Assembly: GCF_036321535.1 (NCBI RefSeq)
Contig: NC_087436.1
Span: 108,874,001-108,938,000 of the forward strand
Source of the DNA: Camelus dromedarius
Lineage: Eukaryota
Direction of reading: 5' to 3'
DNA: 64,000 nucleotides
Position 1 is the stretch's first letter. Each line of letters starts with the position of its first letter. Below the pieces are notes generated by a model. The model did no database searches. It was not told the DNA's origin and worked only from the letters and a program-made list of their open reading frames with translations. Below, piece by piece: positions 1-14,399 of the stretch. Made by a program: the position numbers and the translations under genes.

Positions 1-629
1 TGTCCCTGGACAAGCTTGCCATGCTGACCTAGCCCTGTGGCCGGGGAAAATGGTGCGTACTGAGACTGAGAGCCCCATGGGTATCATGTGAAATGGGGGG
101 TTGACACTTTCTAAAGCAAATAAGAGAGTAGAACAGAACAAAGCCACAGAAAGCCAAAGTCAGAGTGTCTCAGGCTGTCACTTTTGTAATCACTGTATCC
201 TATTCATTCAGGACTTTGACACCTGCATTAAAAATCTTCTTGATTCACTGGCCTGCAAGCAACATCCAAGAAGATGACCTAAGAAGCACCTACCTGAGCA
301 TCAGTGTTTTTTGACTTTTTAAATGCCATCCTGTCCCTTTCCACTCCACTTTTCACTTTAACAGATGTAGCCTTATCAATCCTGAAAACATGTATCTCCT
401 GAAATCTTAAATTAGTTTCACCTTTTTGACCAAGACTTACCCCCTGTCCAGTGGTCTTGGGCCCTCTCTTTTACTACGCCCGGCGCAGTGACTTCACAAG
501 CCAGAGCCTTGTTATCACCAGGCCTTCCTTAGTCTCCCCAGTTCCATATTAACCCAGGCTGCATGGCTTTGATCGTTCAGCACGCTCCTCTTGAACATCC
601 CTGCTCTCGCTCTTGTTCTGTGATCAGAT

Positions 630-1120
630 TTGCATTCCTTTCCTAGGGCTGCTGTGACAAAATACCACGGCACAGGTGACTCAAAACAGCAGACATTTCA
701 CTCTCACAGCCTGAGGCTGAAAGTCTGAGATCAGTAATACTGAGGGCTGGCAGGGCTGTGCTCTCTCCGGGAGCTCTAGGGGGAAACACGTTGCCTCTTC
801 CAGTTTCTGGTGGGTGCCAGCATTCTTTGGCTTGTGACTGCATCACTCTGATTTTTAAGACCAGCATATTCGAAGCTCTCTGGGCCCCATCTTCACACTG
901 CCTCCTCCTCTACACATATGTCAAATCTCTCTGCCTTTCTTTTGTAAGGACACTAGTAACAGCATTTAGGGCCCACTTGGGTAATCCAGGATAAGCTTCC
1001 TCTCTCAGTGTCCTTAAATTAGCCACATTTTCAAAATATAAGGAAATATTCAGTTTCCAGGAATTCTGATGTGGATATCTTTGGGGGGGGGGAGGGGGAA
1101 AGTTTTAGCTCTCACACTAC
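630..1120 (-). mobile_element. MLT1 (ERVL-MaLR) solo LTR, MLT1C-like
   Basis: Motifs tagggctgctgtgacaaaataccac ... gtaaggacact ... atttagggcccac ... taatccaggata resemble the recalled MLT1 consensus; boundaries approximate. Confidence 0.75.
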
Positions 1121-4100
1121 CCGTGTGGCAAGAAGCCAAATCTGGGGTCATCCAATAATCTCTCTCCATTCCTCTGCTGCTTGCTGAAAGGAGAAACCCA
1201 GATGCATAATAGTCACTACTGATTTACAATTTTCATACACAATTTGACAGTCCTATTCCTTTTCCATGATCAAATATCTCTTCGTCTATACTTACAGTTA
1301 GCTACCTCTACATCCTGCGAAGCTCTCCTGATTCCATCAACAAATGCATCTGCAGAAGCATGTTTTCTCTACAGATAGATTTTGTCTCTCTTCATCCATC
1401 ACCACATCCTGAAACTCCTGAACAGGGTCTAGAGCATAGCTGGCACTTGATTCGTACTTCTTTGCTGCTTTATTCTTTCCAGTATAAAAGAAGAAGCTGT
1501 TCCATTTCCCCTGTGTTCTTAATCCCATTCCCCCTCATATCGCACTCCCCCTTTACCCTGTAGCTGTAATTTCTCCCCGTCCTCTCTCTCCCAGCTGCGT
1601 CTTTATATCCTCTAAACCTATTCAAGACTCTCACTCTTAAAAAAAGGCAGAAGATTTCTGGAATATTTTCAGAAAGTCAGATAAGGGCCAAACCACTCCT
1701 GACTCCTCATCTCCCAATGAAAATTTTTTAAAAAACAGAGAAAACATGAGGTAAAGCTATCGTAATTAAGTCCAAACATGAATCTCTTTCTGGGAAGCAC
1801 TAAGGTTAACAGCTGATGAACCAGAAAATGAAAATATCTGTGCGATACTGAAGAAAACACACAGCGTTTTTCCTTCACTGTGTGACAAGGACATAAAGCC
1901 TGTCGCTTTATGCCTCCCTGGAGAGAGTAAAAATTGTTATCACAAACTCATATAACATGAATTTCAAGGAGGCTCTCTTGCTGGTTGGAATAATGCCTTC
2001 ACCATATTTGTAAATAAATGTCTCGAATATCCATGAGCTCTAAAAATGAAAACATGCGGATGTAAAAGAATAAAGGTGGTAGGGTTTTTGTGATTTAGTG
2101 GTTCTTTTCTATGCCTGGAATATTTTTGAGAAGTCAAGATTTTTATCTGTTAAATAAATAAATATATATGTACTGTTTAGTATATTAAAACAGGTAAGTG
2201 GAGAAGAGTGAGGGTTAGGGTACTTTGATTTCAGAGTAAACGTATCCATGCGGGCATTAGCTACATTAAGAGCTTGCCCGTCTTCCAGCCCTCCAGAAGG
2301 AGGCCAGCGCTCAAATAATATCACGGAGGCCTTATTAGCTGTTGAATCGTCTGGAGATCCCTCCTAATCCACTGCACCACGCACAGGTGTGCATCGTAGA
2401 AATTACCATCATCATTACTATCAGCCATCAGCTACAGCAAAGAAAGATGCCGAAACAGCTCCTACTTACACATGAGTAATCCCAGGTCATTTACCTTGTA
2501 ATCCACAGCGATGTGAGTTTACTCCGTGTGTTTGATTTTTTTTCCATTTGGGGAGGTGGGAGCCAGCTATGTTGAAACTCTTGTTCAGCTGAAATACAGT
2601 TACACAACACAAAGGACATCGTAGCTGACCAGGGAAAGACTGATCAAGTTAAGGGCAAGACCATGTCCGTTTTTCCCCTTCTGTTTGTTCTGTTTATGGC
2701 AGAAAGCCTGGTGCAGAGTACGTGCCGGAGGATTATGTGTTGAATACGTACTGTAGCAGAGTTAGACGTTCAGCTCCAGTAGGACAGAAGAGAGAGAGAC
2801 TGAGAGAGAGCAATACGGATCACGTAGAATGTGACTGGGACATTTTGCCAGGCACTTTATGTAAATTATGCTAATTCTCTCCAGAGCCCTGTACAACAGG
2901 TGTATTCTCCCACCATATGAATGGTAAAGACCTTGACCCTTCGCATGTCTAGCAGGCCTTGAATTAACTTTGTCTGAGGCCATCACTTCTGGGCACACTG
3001 GCCATCACTTTAGTCCTTGAACGTGTTCCAGGCTACGTACGTGCCCTTGGCTTCTCCCCCAGCCCTTGCTAACTTCTACTCATCTTTCATGTCTCTGCAT
3101 GAAAGCCACTTAAATGGGACGTCCTCAGGTAGGTCTTCCTTATAACCCCTTCTTGAGTACTCCAGGTCCCCTGCACTTCCTCTGTAGCGTTTATCACAAC
3201 CCTAAATGACTGTCTGTGTAGATCTTTGCTTTCTGTGTGCCTTCTCCAAATGACTCTAATGCCTCTGGGGGGTTTCATCCATCTTGTTCATTGTTTTACC
3301 CCCAACACTTATTACACTTTCTGACATATACTATAGTCTTAAAAATATCTGATGAATAAATGAACGAAAACTCAGGCTCACAGAAGTTAAGTAACTTATT
3401 TAAGATGCCACCACTAAAAGTGATAGGAGTGGACTCTAAGCCAGGGACATCAGATCCCAAAAGCCACATCTTACAGCAACGAAGAAAATGGAAGATTGGC
3501 TTGGGATTATAAAACCCCTTTGAGCTTAAATACGCAGATGGGACTTAATAAAGATAAGTTTAATATCCTTGATTAAGTGAAAAAAACAGTAAAAACTAAA
3601 AGGGTTGGTAACGAGTATCCCCACCATTACAGAAGTTATCCCGTCACAGTTAATGCCAGGCTTCACACTGAACACTGTAGATGTGTTTTTAAGCCTCATA
3701 ATAACCCCAAGATAGGTATTATCATTATTCCTGTTTTACCGGGGATTTAAAACTTTCCCCAAAGCAGTCTGATCGCAGAGCCCACACGAAGTTAAAAGGC
3801 TCAGACTCACACTTGACACGTTTTGTTGTTGTCTTGTTTACTTGTTTCCTTAGACCTACAACCTACAGATTTTGAGTGACTAAAACTGAAGATGGCCCAG
3901 CTGCCAAAAAAAAAGAGATTGCAATTTTAGGCTGACTTACTCCAACTATAATATCCAGAAAGGAGATGGTCTCTGGGTTCCTTTCCCTGAAATGGTTAAT
4001 TCTTATCTACTTAATTTGGGAACAGGAGCCCTCCTGTCACCTTTCATAAAGAGAAAAAAAGCTTTCTGGAAAGAAATCAACTCGGACTTGGCCAAGCTTA

Positions 4101-6170
4101 GGGAAAGAACTCCCCAAGTGTTTGAACTAGAAATCGAGTTTTTAGCTTTGGTGGAGGACACTGCTGCCCCCTTGTGTCTCAACACAGTAATACAAGACTC
4201 AGAATTTTTAAGGCTGCTCGTTGCATGGGTTCCCCGGGTTCCAGAGGGCCCCGTGAAGTGCTCTCCAACAGAGAGTAACCAGGCCACTCTGCCTGCCTGG
4301 GGAGACTGGAAACCTTGTGAGCTGAGGCACACTGTCTTCTCAGGCAGCTTTTGTGACCCTGGCTAATTGTCTCCTTTGGAGGAGAACCTCCGAAGAATCA
4401 CTGGAAGACAAAGTGTAGAAAGTCCCTGGTATTTGCAATGAAGGGAACTTAATTAAAGAGAATCAACATTCCTTTGACCTCCAGCCAAGCTTCAGGGACT
4501 CAGGGCTGCCTCTGGAAACTGTAGCTGGATGAGAGGCAACGCTGTGAGAGAGAGACAAAGCTTTTCTTTCTCAGAACTGAGAATAAGAAACTGGAGGTAA
4601 AGAAATACGTAATGAAATGAGTTTGGGCGGCTTTGACCGTGCCCTTCCCCTTCCTCATGAAAGCGAGTGACCAGAGAACTTGAGCTCCTGTCCTGCGTCT
4701 CCTCACCTGTGGCACCTGAATCTGTTTATGAAAAGCTGATCGATTTTTCGTGCAGTTTTACCCTCATGGGTTTTAACGGGATGTGCATTTGTGTGAATGT
4801 GTAAATAATGGCCGTCTCCCCTGTTGGGCTGTAAGCTCCAAATAGATGGGGGTGGGCTTAGGAAAATCTGTCGTATCGATGATTAATGATTTTTCTGTGT
4901 GTGTGAATCAATTGGGGTTGAAAAATACTGAGATAATTAGTTCTCTGTTAGTTTGTTTTTCTTTTTTATAGTTACACTTGCCTTTCACAGAAGCAGCTTT
5001 GTAAGATACAAAGGCTTTATGGTCAAACTCAGGTTCAAATCCCTCCTACTGCTTAATATCTGTCTGATCTTGGGGAAGTTTCTTAAACTTCTCTGAGCTC
5101 ATTTCTTATGTATCCGGCGAGCAACTACCTTCCCTACTTGTTAAGAGGATGTGATGATAACATCTCTCTCCTACATGACCTGGCTCAGTGCCCAGCGGAC
5201 CACCAGTGAGCATTAAACATGACTTTTGTTCTAGGCTCCTTCAGAGCTTCTTTGGATTTACCTGAGCATGGGCAAATAGTGGACCTAGACAAATCAAGTC
5301 AACTGCTTACACACATGTCACTAATCTCCAGCTGATTCCTCTGGGGCCAGCAGAACTTCCACCAAATTTATCAGCAAACAATAAAAAGAACTCACTTTCA
5401 TCTTCCCATCCTGTAGGGCAGTGTAATAAAGGTATATTATTATAAAGTTATAAATAACTTATTGCTTATGTTAAAGTGACTTTGACTATAAGGCACTGAA
5501 AGCCAGTATATAGACAGGGCTTACAGAATGAGGACCGTGTATATTCTCACATAAGAAGTCCAGAGACAACAGACACAATGAAGTCATCAAAGAGCCAGAA
5601 TCTAGCCAGTTTGGTAGGTGAGGGAAATTAGACTGAGAGAGAATAAGATTGTTGCAAAACTCCAGAAAATATATTCTCTTATAGTTATGTTTATGTCTGT
5701 ACATCAAAATCTTAGTGTTTTCTTCTTTCTAACTGAAAAATTGCCTGATTCTTTTAAGGAGTTTTTTATTCTTTTTTTTTCCCCCAATATTATTAGGCCA
5801 ATTTGAAAGTGATCTAATCAATTCATATAATCTATGTAATGACCTTGGTGATATAGAACAGAAGTAAATAAGGACAGGGCACACCTCCACATGGGGAATA
5901 CTATTTATAGCTTTCATAAAAAGAATATTCAGGTTTGCAATCTCAGCCGGTCCTGTACACTGCTGAGCGTGACAGGATATATTCCTTCCAAATCTAGTTC
6001 AACTAAGGCTCCAAGTAGTGTAGTTGCTGCTTGTGGTGAAAATAGGGCAGTATTTGTACAAGTCTGAAGAGCTCCTACTGTTTGATGTACCCTGGATGTA
6101 ATTACAGAAAAGAGTGTTGTACAGGAACTGCTGTGGAAACCAGAGTCGGCCCAGACTGAGAAGAAGCAGA

Positions 6171-6732
6171 CGTGGTAGGCAGGTGTCTGAGGATGGCCCA
6201 CCCAGGAGTCCTGGCTCCCAGCTCTTCAGCCAAACACCAATTGAGGTATTGATGGAGAGAGATTTTGCAGATGTAACTGAAGTCCCAAATCAGTTGAACT
6301 TAAAATACAGAGATCCTTGTGGGCCTAATTTATTCACATGAGCCCTTTAACTGACAAGGGAAGGGGAAGTCAGAGAGAATCAGACTGTGAGAAGGACTCA
6401 CCGCACCTTTGCTGATCTGACGATGGAGGGACTTACACGAGAAGAAAGCTGGCAGAGGCCACTGGCTAACAGCCTGCAAGGTAACAGGGACCTCAGTCCT
6501 ACAGCCAAAAGGAGCTGAAATCTGCCAACAACCTGAATGAGCCTGGAAGAGGACTGCAAGGTCCAGGTGAGGACCAGACCAGCCAGCATTCTGAGTGTGA
6601 GACCCCCAGACAGAGAACACAGCTAAGCCATGGCAGACTCTTGACCTACAGAACTGTGGGGTAATAAGCTTATGTTGTTTTAAGTCACTAAGTTCACAGT
6701 AATCTGTTATGTGGCAGGAGAAAACTGACACA
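6171..6732 (+). mobile_element. MLT1 solo LTR (MLT1D/E-like)
   Basis: ttttgcagatgtaact ... ggacctcagtcctacagcc ... tctgccaacaacctgaatgag ... gttgttttaagtcactaag ... aaactgacaca. Confidence 0.8.
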
Positions 6733-9232
6733 CAGGCCTTCCCTTTGGGCTCCGTTATCTTTTTTCCATCCAAATGGCTTTGAATAACTGTAGAACTTTG
6801 CTGTAATCCACAAAATGAGTCCACCAAGTGAACCCTCCTTTGGGGTCTGAGAAAATCCTTTTCTGAAGGCTAAGTCAAATAACTACATTCATTCTAATAA
6901 AAGCTCAGGACTTGGGCCAGGTCCCCAGGGAAGCTTTCATACCTGCAAAATTGGGGCAACTTCATTTTGCAAAATCAATGTAAGTGACTTGAAAAGAGAA
7001 AGTTAGAAGAAATCAACATTTGTGGAATTCTCAGACTAGTGCTATGATCTTCATATACACAACGTCCATGAGTCACATTTCTTCACTGTCAAATGCTGCT
7101 TTCACATTTTATAGACTGAGACTCAGAATCCTGGGACACGTCAATGATTTCTTTGTTAGCAGAGCTGAAACTTAAGCCTGCTTTTTTGTTTTTGGAGGGG
7201 TTTTTTTGGCTGTAAATCTCACATACTATTTCCCTCTTCCATGTCGTGGGAGAGCAGAGCTGGTGGGGGGAGGAGAAAATCAGCCTCGTATCTTCTATTT
7301 CTCCTGCAGCCTGGGTGACTGTGGGACCTCATGGGCCTGGGAATGTGCCTGCATCTCCACACTCAGGCAGCTGAGTTGAATTTTATCACCCAGCCTCATC
7401 TCTTTTCCAATACCGTGTAGGAAAGTTTTTCTCCATGTTTTTTGTTGTTTTTCCAACCTGAAATTCATATGTAACCACTCTGGCCCCAGGGAGTATCCTC
7501 AGGGAATACAGAAGTTTCTTAATGCAAAGTTTTGAAACAGCAAAATGCCCAGCATGTGGGTTGTATCCAGTTTTTTATTTTTTTTTCCTTTATCATACAT
7601 TATCTATTTTAATTTTCATTTGTTTTACTTACCCATGATGTCAGTATTTCTTAGAGATTATTTTACAGATGAGGAAACAGACTAAGAGAATAAATGACTT
7701 GCTAAGGCTTCTAACACCTGGGAATACTAGAACAGAAATTTCAAGCTAGGTTTAGTTCTTAGTGATCAGCTTGTACGTTCTAAAAACTGAAGGACTAATC
7801 TTGCTATTTTTAAATGAGATTTTAGCAGCCCAGTTGTTGAATACAGCAAGGGTTTTAAAATTTGTGTTGAAATAAGTATTTTCTCTTGACCCTTGTGGTC
7901 TCTCCTTAATTTCTGTGATTATATTTATGATAAGCAGTCATGAGGGTTGGGAGGTGGAACCAAGATTTTGTCCTCGAAAGTTCTTCATAACCATTCAATG
8001 GTCCCAGGTGTGGCTGTGGCCAGAGATGTACTTAAGAGAAAGTGTTGACCTTGGATAGTTTAGCACAAGGTATCAAAAATCTTCCTTCAGCACAACTGGA
8101 TAGAGAAGAACAGAAGAATTACAGGGGAACAAATGTTTTGGAGTGCATGGAATTCTGAAAACACGCCGCACAGGTTTTAGAGGAAACTGCCAAAGCACTT
8201 TTGTTTTCTAATTTCTTAAAAGCTAAGAGCTGTCTAAGTATTTATCCATTCAGGATAAATGTTTTTAATACTCTGTTCTAAACACTGCTGGGCTCTATGA
8301 AACTCGGTCCTTGCCTTCAAGGTTTTTACCAAGTCTAATGGGCGCAGAGAAGTCCACAAACAGAATCTAGCAATGAGAGCCATACAAGTCATAGCATTGC
8401 ACCATGTAAATTTTGAAAATTCTTCCACAGTGGTAGGATGCCAAGTCATCCTTAAATTGTCCTGCTACTAAGAGAATGACTTTTCAGAGCAACCCCAGAC
8501 TCAAACGAGGGAAGTAGGGAGTAGGAATTTAATTTTTTAAAAAAATCTATGTTTTCCCAATTGGATTAGGTATTAAAAGGATGGGATAGTATGTAAAGAC
8601 AGCCATGCTTTCCAATTTTAGGTCTCTGAGAATGAAATTGTCCATCCATCATCTTCTTTGAATCAATAAATTCATTTCATCTATCTTTTCAAAATCATCC
8701 ATGCTGGAAATGTTGAGGTGTTTTGTTTTCACAATTTAATCAACTAATTAAAAGGAACTAAAAAAAACAAAAAAACAAAAAAACCTCAAAGGGTTAAAAA
8801 ATTGTCCTGGCTGTGAAATAATCATACTATTACTCAGCTTGATATGTTCACATCTTGAAAACTAAGACAATAAAACCCACTTTCCCAAATGTTAAATATA
8901 TACAAACTGTCATGATACATCTGTAGCATATAACACAATCAGACAAAAATACAACTTGTTTAAGCATCCTTTTCTTAAAGAGACTTTTTGTCTGATCTGG
9001 GAGCACTCCAGACACCAGAATCTTAAACATAATAATCAGATGAAGTCCATGAAGTAACTTGAAAGTAGTTTTGAGTTATGACTTTGTAAAATGGTAAATA
9101 ATAAATAGTTGGATTCATACTCAAAATAAGAACTTCATGGTTTAATGATTAAATTCACCTAGCTATAAACAAATATATACATATGTTATATACACAGTTA
9201 CGTGTTCAGATGAATTTCAAATATGTCTTCTA

Positions 9233-9620
9233 GTGCACCACTCTCCCCAGATCTCAGTGTATTCACCAACCTAGAAACTCCCTGAACTTGTCCTTTTGGG
9301 GTCTTTTGGAGGCTTCATGACATAGGTATGGTTGATAAAATTGTTAGCCGTTGGTGATTGAGTTCGGTCTCCAGCCCCTCTTCCTTTCCTGGAGCTCAGG
9401 GGGTGGGACTGAAAATTCCAACCCTCTAATCAGTGCGTTAGCTCCCCTGGCAACCAGCCCCCATCCTTGGGTGGGGTCCAGAAGTCACCTCATTAGTGTA
9501 ACAAGAGATAGCTTTATCTCTCTCATCATTTATGAAATTCCAGTTAGCTTTAGAAGCTCCGTGCTAGACATGGGGACTCAGACCAAGCATATACTTCTGA
9601 TTATAAATCACAATATTAAC
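9233..9620 (-). mobile_element. MER21-like ERVL LTR fragment
   Basis: ccaaccctctaatca ... ctggcaaccagccccca ... gtcacctcatta ... ttataaatcacaatat; reverse-complement homologue of the element at 29085. Confidence 0.7.
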
Positions 9621-11186
9621 TGTGTCACCTATGCTTTCCATTCATTGGACAGTTCATCACGTGGTCCCAGCAAACCATTAGGGACCCATGAAATACGATC
9701 TTCCCATGGATTCAGAAGCAGGGAGAACTTGTTGATACACAGCCCTAGGCTACCGCACTTGAAATCTGTTCTCTCTGCCTTGTCCCATTCATGGGTTCCC
9801 TGCTGGTGCATCTCAAGGGTTACTGATGCACGTTCTTCCAGGCATCCAAGATGCTTTCTGGTCTCTGCTGATGAACTCACACACTGCTCACTCTAAGTGT
9901 GGTCTCTAGCCTAAGGAAGTAACTTCCTCTAAGAGGTGCCAACTTACCTGCCACCTACTCTTGCCAGAAGAATGGGTGTTGTCCTCACTTGGGCAGTGAC
10001 TTGTCTCCTTTTTCTTCTCTGATCTGAGAGCCCAGTGTCCAGCCTTTGTGTTCCCTTTGTGTCCTGCTCACAATCTGCTGTGCTCCTCATCAAAGAGATG
10101 TCAGTCTCCTTCCATTGTCATGAAGAATAACTGGATGCTGGAAGGAAACATGGACACTGTGACATGCCTGTTGGTAGAAAGCCAAGGTCTTCCATTTAAG
10201 CACCTCACAACCACAGCCATGTGTGCCTTCCCTGGTGGCAGAAGTAGGTGTGAGAGTTGATGAGAAACATGCATGCTTCAAAGCTGTGACATGATACATA
10301 TCATAAAAGGGTCCCCCAGGAATCATTTATTTCACAAGGACTTTGTTTTTTCCCTATGATAGTTTTGCACCATAAATCTTTTTGGATTCCTGAAGAGGTA
10401 TCTCTAAATCTTTAACACTTGTTCTGAACCTGAGGAGATGATATACACCAGAACAGAAGCATTTATGGGAAGAGGAGAGTTCAGCCCGTGGAGCAGACAA
10501 GCATCATTGAGAAAGCACATCTGCTTGGTGTGTCACTGCAGCCATTTCTAGAGCATTCCCCCAGAGTTCTGACAACTTTCAAGGAAATGCTAAAAGACTT
10601 TCTTCACAGGTAGAAGTATAGGGACTCACAATGCACCTCACAAAATCGCGTCTTTAGCAATTTCCTATTCCTACATGGATCTCTCTTCAAAGCACCATTC
10701 CCAGCACTTTTCATGGACGACTGTATTTCTAATGTACTCATCTAAGCTTTAGAAGGGGCATTTTTCTTTAAATTGATGACTGAAAAAGGGCTCTTGGGTT
10801 TCTAGACATTGATTTCCAGTATGGTGGCCTTTATTCTTCTCAGCTGTCATTTACAATTGCACTATTCCCCTAACTTTGAGGGTAAACTTGACGATATTAG
10901 AGAGAGCAGATTCAATTTATAAAGCTAGAGGAGGAGGCATAACTCATATCTGCTTCATAGGCTCATTGCATTATATCAGACTGGCTCTATGCTGGGTTCA
11001 ACTGCTTGGATGAATACCATTTAACCCTGGTGTAGCCATGCTGATGTGACATTCACTTTAATATTGTCCTAATGTCTCATAGTTAATGAACAAATATGAT
11101 GTGCTAAGAGAGCAAAGATAATAACATAATGTACATTATTAATTCTCATAAAAGCCCTCTGATGTCAATAGTTACCCCTATGTTAC

Positions 11187-11682
11187 TGTCGACTGAAATA
11201 AATGCTCAGCCTAAAAGTTGAGAGTTACGTTTTATTTGGCGGGCATTTCTGAGGACTCGAACCCCTTCGAGCCCGGGATGACAGCCTCTCAGATGGCTCT
11301 GAGGGACTGCTCCGCAGAGGTAGGGGAGGAGCCAGGATATATAGGAGCTTTACAACAAAGACCAGGTAGTTGGAACAATAAAAGATTACTTGTTACCTAA
11401 GGAAAACCAGGCATCTCAAGTTAAAGAATTTGGTGCTTTTCTTTGTATGGGGGGAAGCCAACACTTGGGCTCATTGAATTCATTCCTTTGACAAGCACCT
11501 AATGATCTAGGGCCAGTATCCTGTCCTTTCTTATTCTGAGTCCCCTCACAGTGCACCCTGGTGAGTGGCTGCAGAGGCCGGACTGCAGGCTTGTCTGCAC
11601 TGGGGGAGGGGGAGGCAGCCGCTGATGACTTGATGGCTTCAGCATTGTTTACTGCTGTGGTTTGCAGTATTATTCATTCACA
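11187..11682 (-). mobile_element. Intact ERV1-type solo LTR, 496 bp, with 4-bp TSD TTAC
   Basis: TG...CA termini; TTAC at 11183-11186 and 11683-11686; minus-strand TATA-like box (~11340) and AATAAA (11231-11236); interrupts a MIR-like element. Confidence 0.85.
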
Positions 11683-11997
11683 TTACGGAGGAGAACAATG
11701 AGACTTAGATTAAACAATTTATCTGAAGCTAAACAGCTTTTAAGGAGCAAAGGTTCAATGCGGACCTTCTACTTAACTCCAGAATCAAGGACCGTATGCA
11801 TTTCTCTAGATTATCCTAAAGGCTTTCTGGCAGAACAATAGCAGCTGTTGTATGGACAGGAAGGTGTTTGTGATGCCCTGGGGTCTGGAAACCCAGACAC
11901 GAAGTAAGACTCAGCAGCCCGTGTGTAATTTATGGGCAATTCCTGTAACCTCAACTTCAGTCTCCTTGACTTTAAGATGAAGCCATTGAGTGGATTA

Positions 11998-12402
11998 CAG
12001 GTATCCCCACTTTTCAGAAATTCTCTTTACAACATTTTGCTTTTGCAAAAGACCTACATGAGTGCCTGTTTTCACTAATGGAAAGAAATCTGAAGAGGAT
12101 TTTCACTTGTATGTAAAAAGACAAAAATAGCATTCAGTTCATTTTGCAGCAGCTGACAGGGAGGCCGCAGACCTCGGGCACGACAAACCCACCAAGATCC
12201 TCCCCCAAGAACTACATGCTGCATCTCAGCATCCAGCCTCCATAGCCTTGAACGGTGTCTCTGAGCATCTTGCTGTATCTCAATTTATTCTGTGCATCCC
12301 TTAGTAAGATGTGCCCTAAGGTAACTGCTTCTGTTTTCTGCCATTTCAGCTTTTGGAAGGTTTTATAGGAGCACTTTATTTCAGAGCGCAGGGGAAACCG
12401 CT
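11998..12402. mobile_element. TcMar-Tigger-like non-autonomous DNA transposon
   Basis: ta|caggtatcccc start and decayed ggggaaacc..ta end; internal motifs resemble laurasiatherian Tigger MITEs (from memory). Confidence 0.55.
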
Positions 12403-12626
12403 ATCTCTAAAGTTGCTTAAACACAGCAGTTCCCTGACCCTGAGATCAGCAGATTAGGCTCTGCCATTTTCTGATTCTGAGAACCCGGCTAGTTTCTCTC
12501 TGAGCAGTCTGCTCTTCTGTAAAGTGCAGGTAATGCCGGTGTCTATCCCATTCCCGTGAGAAGATCCACGGAGAGCATCTAACACAACGCATTAACTCAT
12601 CATCACCATCATCATGGTCACCATCA

Positions 12627-13133
12627 TGGTTGGGGGCACAGCCGGCCAGTGTCGAGGATGGTAAAAGAGTTTACCAGAGACAAAGGAAAGTTTAATAGGC
12701 ATTCAGCTGTAGGCGTCAGAGGACCACACAGAAGGGCGTGAGCACTGGGGTGAATGTGTAGGTCTTTTACTGGGGGGAAGGGACTGTGAACACCAGGCGT
12801 AGGGGGCTGCACGGCCAAATCGTGTACAGCCACCTGAGTGGCTATAAGTGAGGTAAGACTTGCAGGGGCTTCTCTGAGTAATGGGATTTAGGATTCTGCT
12901 AAGGGGAGGATAAGCAGTGACGCCTGCCCGCCTAGCCATTTCCTGGGGGCGTTTAGTTTTGTTAGGGTTAACGCACAGCCAAGGAAGATGTTTTTATCTT
13001 AAAGAAATGCAGCCATGCAGAGGGTCCAGAAGTGGGGAGTGGAGGTTCAATGTGTCAGTCAACTCCAGGAGAGCCCTGGCGTGGGGGTTTTCTGGCTTTA
13101 GAGTGGCTTCACAGAGCACCAGCCGGCTCCACA
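12627..13133 (-). mobile_element. ERV solo LTR (~507 bp) inserted in a (CAT)n tract
   Basis: TG...CA ends, ATCA on both sides (weak because the flank is low complexity), GC/CpG-richer than its flanks, minus-strand ATTAAA at ~12691. Confidence 0.7.
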
Positions 13134-14399
13134 ATCATCACCATCATCATCGTGCTAATTATCATTATTAAAAAATCACTCTTTTAATAATATTGATATC
13201 AGTATCAGCAAAGCAGTCATAGTACACTTACAACTGATCTCAACACATGTCTCACAACAGTGCCTAAGGGAAGGATCTTCAGGGAACACATGCAAGGCCC
13301 CAGAAGGCAAGTGTCTCTTCACTAACCGACAAAAGTGTGGTGGTTATGGCCTAAGAAAATCTCATTGCACATGCATTGTATCCTGATCAGATCGTTGTGA
13401 AGGGTTTAAGAAACACTGAAGGAAACTCGCTGGTCCCATTCTACTGCATGCATCTGTGATTGCATCTGTACAAATGCTTTAATGTCTTCTGGTAATTTTC
13501 AGAATGATGATTAGATTCATTAAGCAAATTAGTGTTGTTTGTTCATGAGACTGAGTGAGTGTCACATCCCCATGTGATTCTGGTCAGCAGCCCCGCTATG
13601 TGTGAAATGTTCTTTTAAACCAGTCATGGTAGCACATATGGGTACATGTGGGTACAGCCTTTCTGGAAATCAGTGTGACCTTGCACATGAAAAGCCTTGA
13701 AATGGTTTAAACCCTTTGGTCTTGTGAGTCTCCTGGGATTAGTCATGAAGAAAGAACCACAGGTGCAATCACAGATGCATGCACTAGATTATTAATTACA
13801 TTGTTATTTCTATATAGTTCAAAAATGCTGAAGTCCAACAATATGGTAAATTCAGTGGACACACTATTATGCAGCCATTAATAATAATGATACGGGAAAT
13901 GTTCAAGATATTTTGTTACTGTTAAAAAAAAAGATGTAACACTATTATATTCTTGTATTATTCTAATTTTATTTGTACAGCATACTGATATATACTTAGA
14001 TAAAAGACCAAAATAGTCTTACAATAGTATAATTTTTGGTGATTTTTTACTTATTTTTTCTATAGACAATGTATTTTCACAAAATGATCATTTGTTAATA
14101 ATCAGATAAAATGTCTCTAGAAAATACAATATGCAAGGCATAAAGCTTATGGAAGGTTATAGTTATGTCTCAGAGTGTAGATGGGTGAGGTGTTCCTCAC
14201 CTTCCCTAAAGCTGGGAACTCTGCTCCTTCTTAGATCCTTCCTCTTAGAGTGAAAAAAGCCTACTTAACAAATCCATACTTCGATGTTTAGGTGTTCCTG
14301 AACTTGTTTGTTTGAAAATATCATCCTTTAAAGACAACACCAGGAGAAATGAAAAGAAATGAAAATGATGTGATGATGGTCCTGCTAAAGCATCAGTCA

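Noticed and set aside
8086..8105. REST/RE1-like motif TTCAGCACAACTGGATAG
   Set aside because: Wrong spacer and several mismatches to TTCAGCACCNNGGACAG; likely chance.
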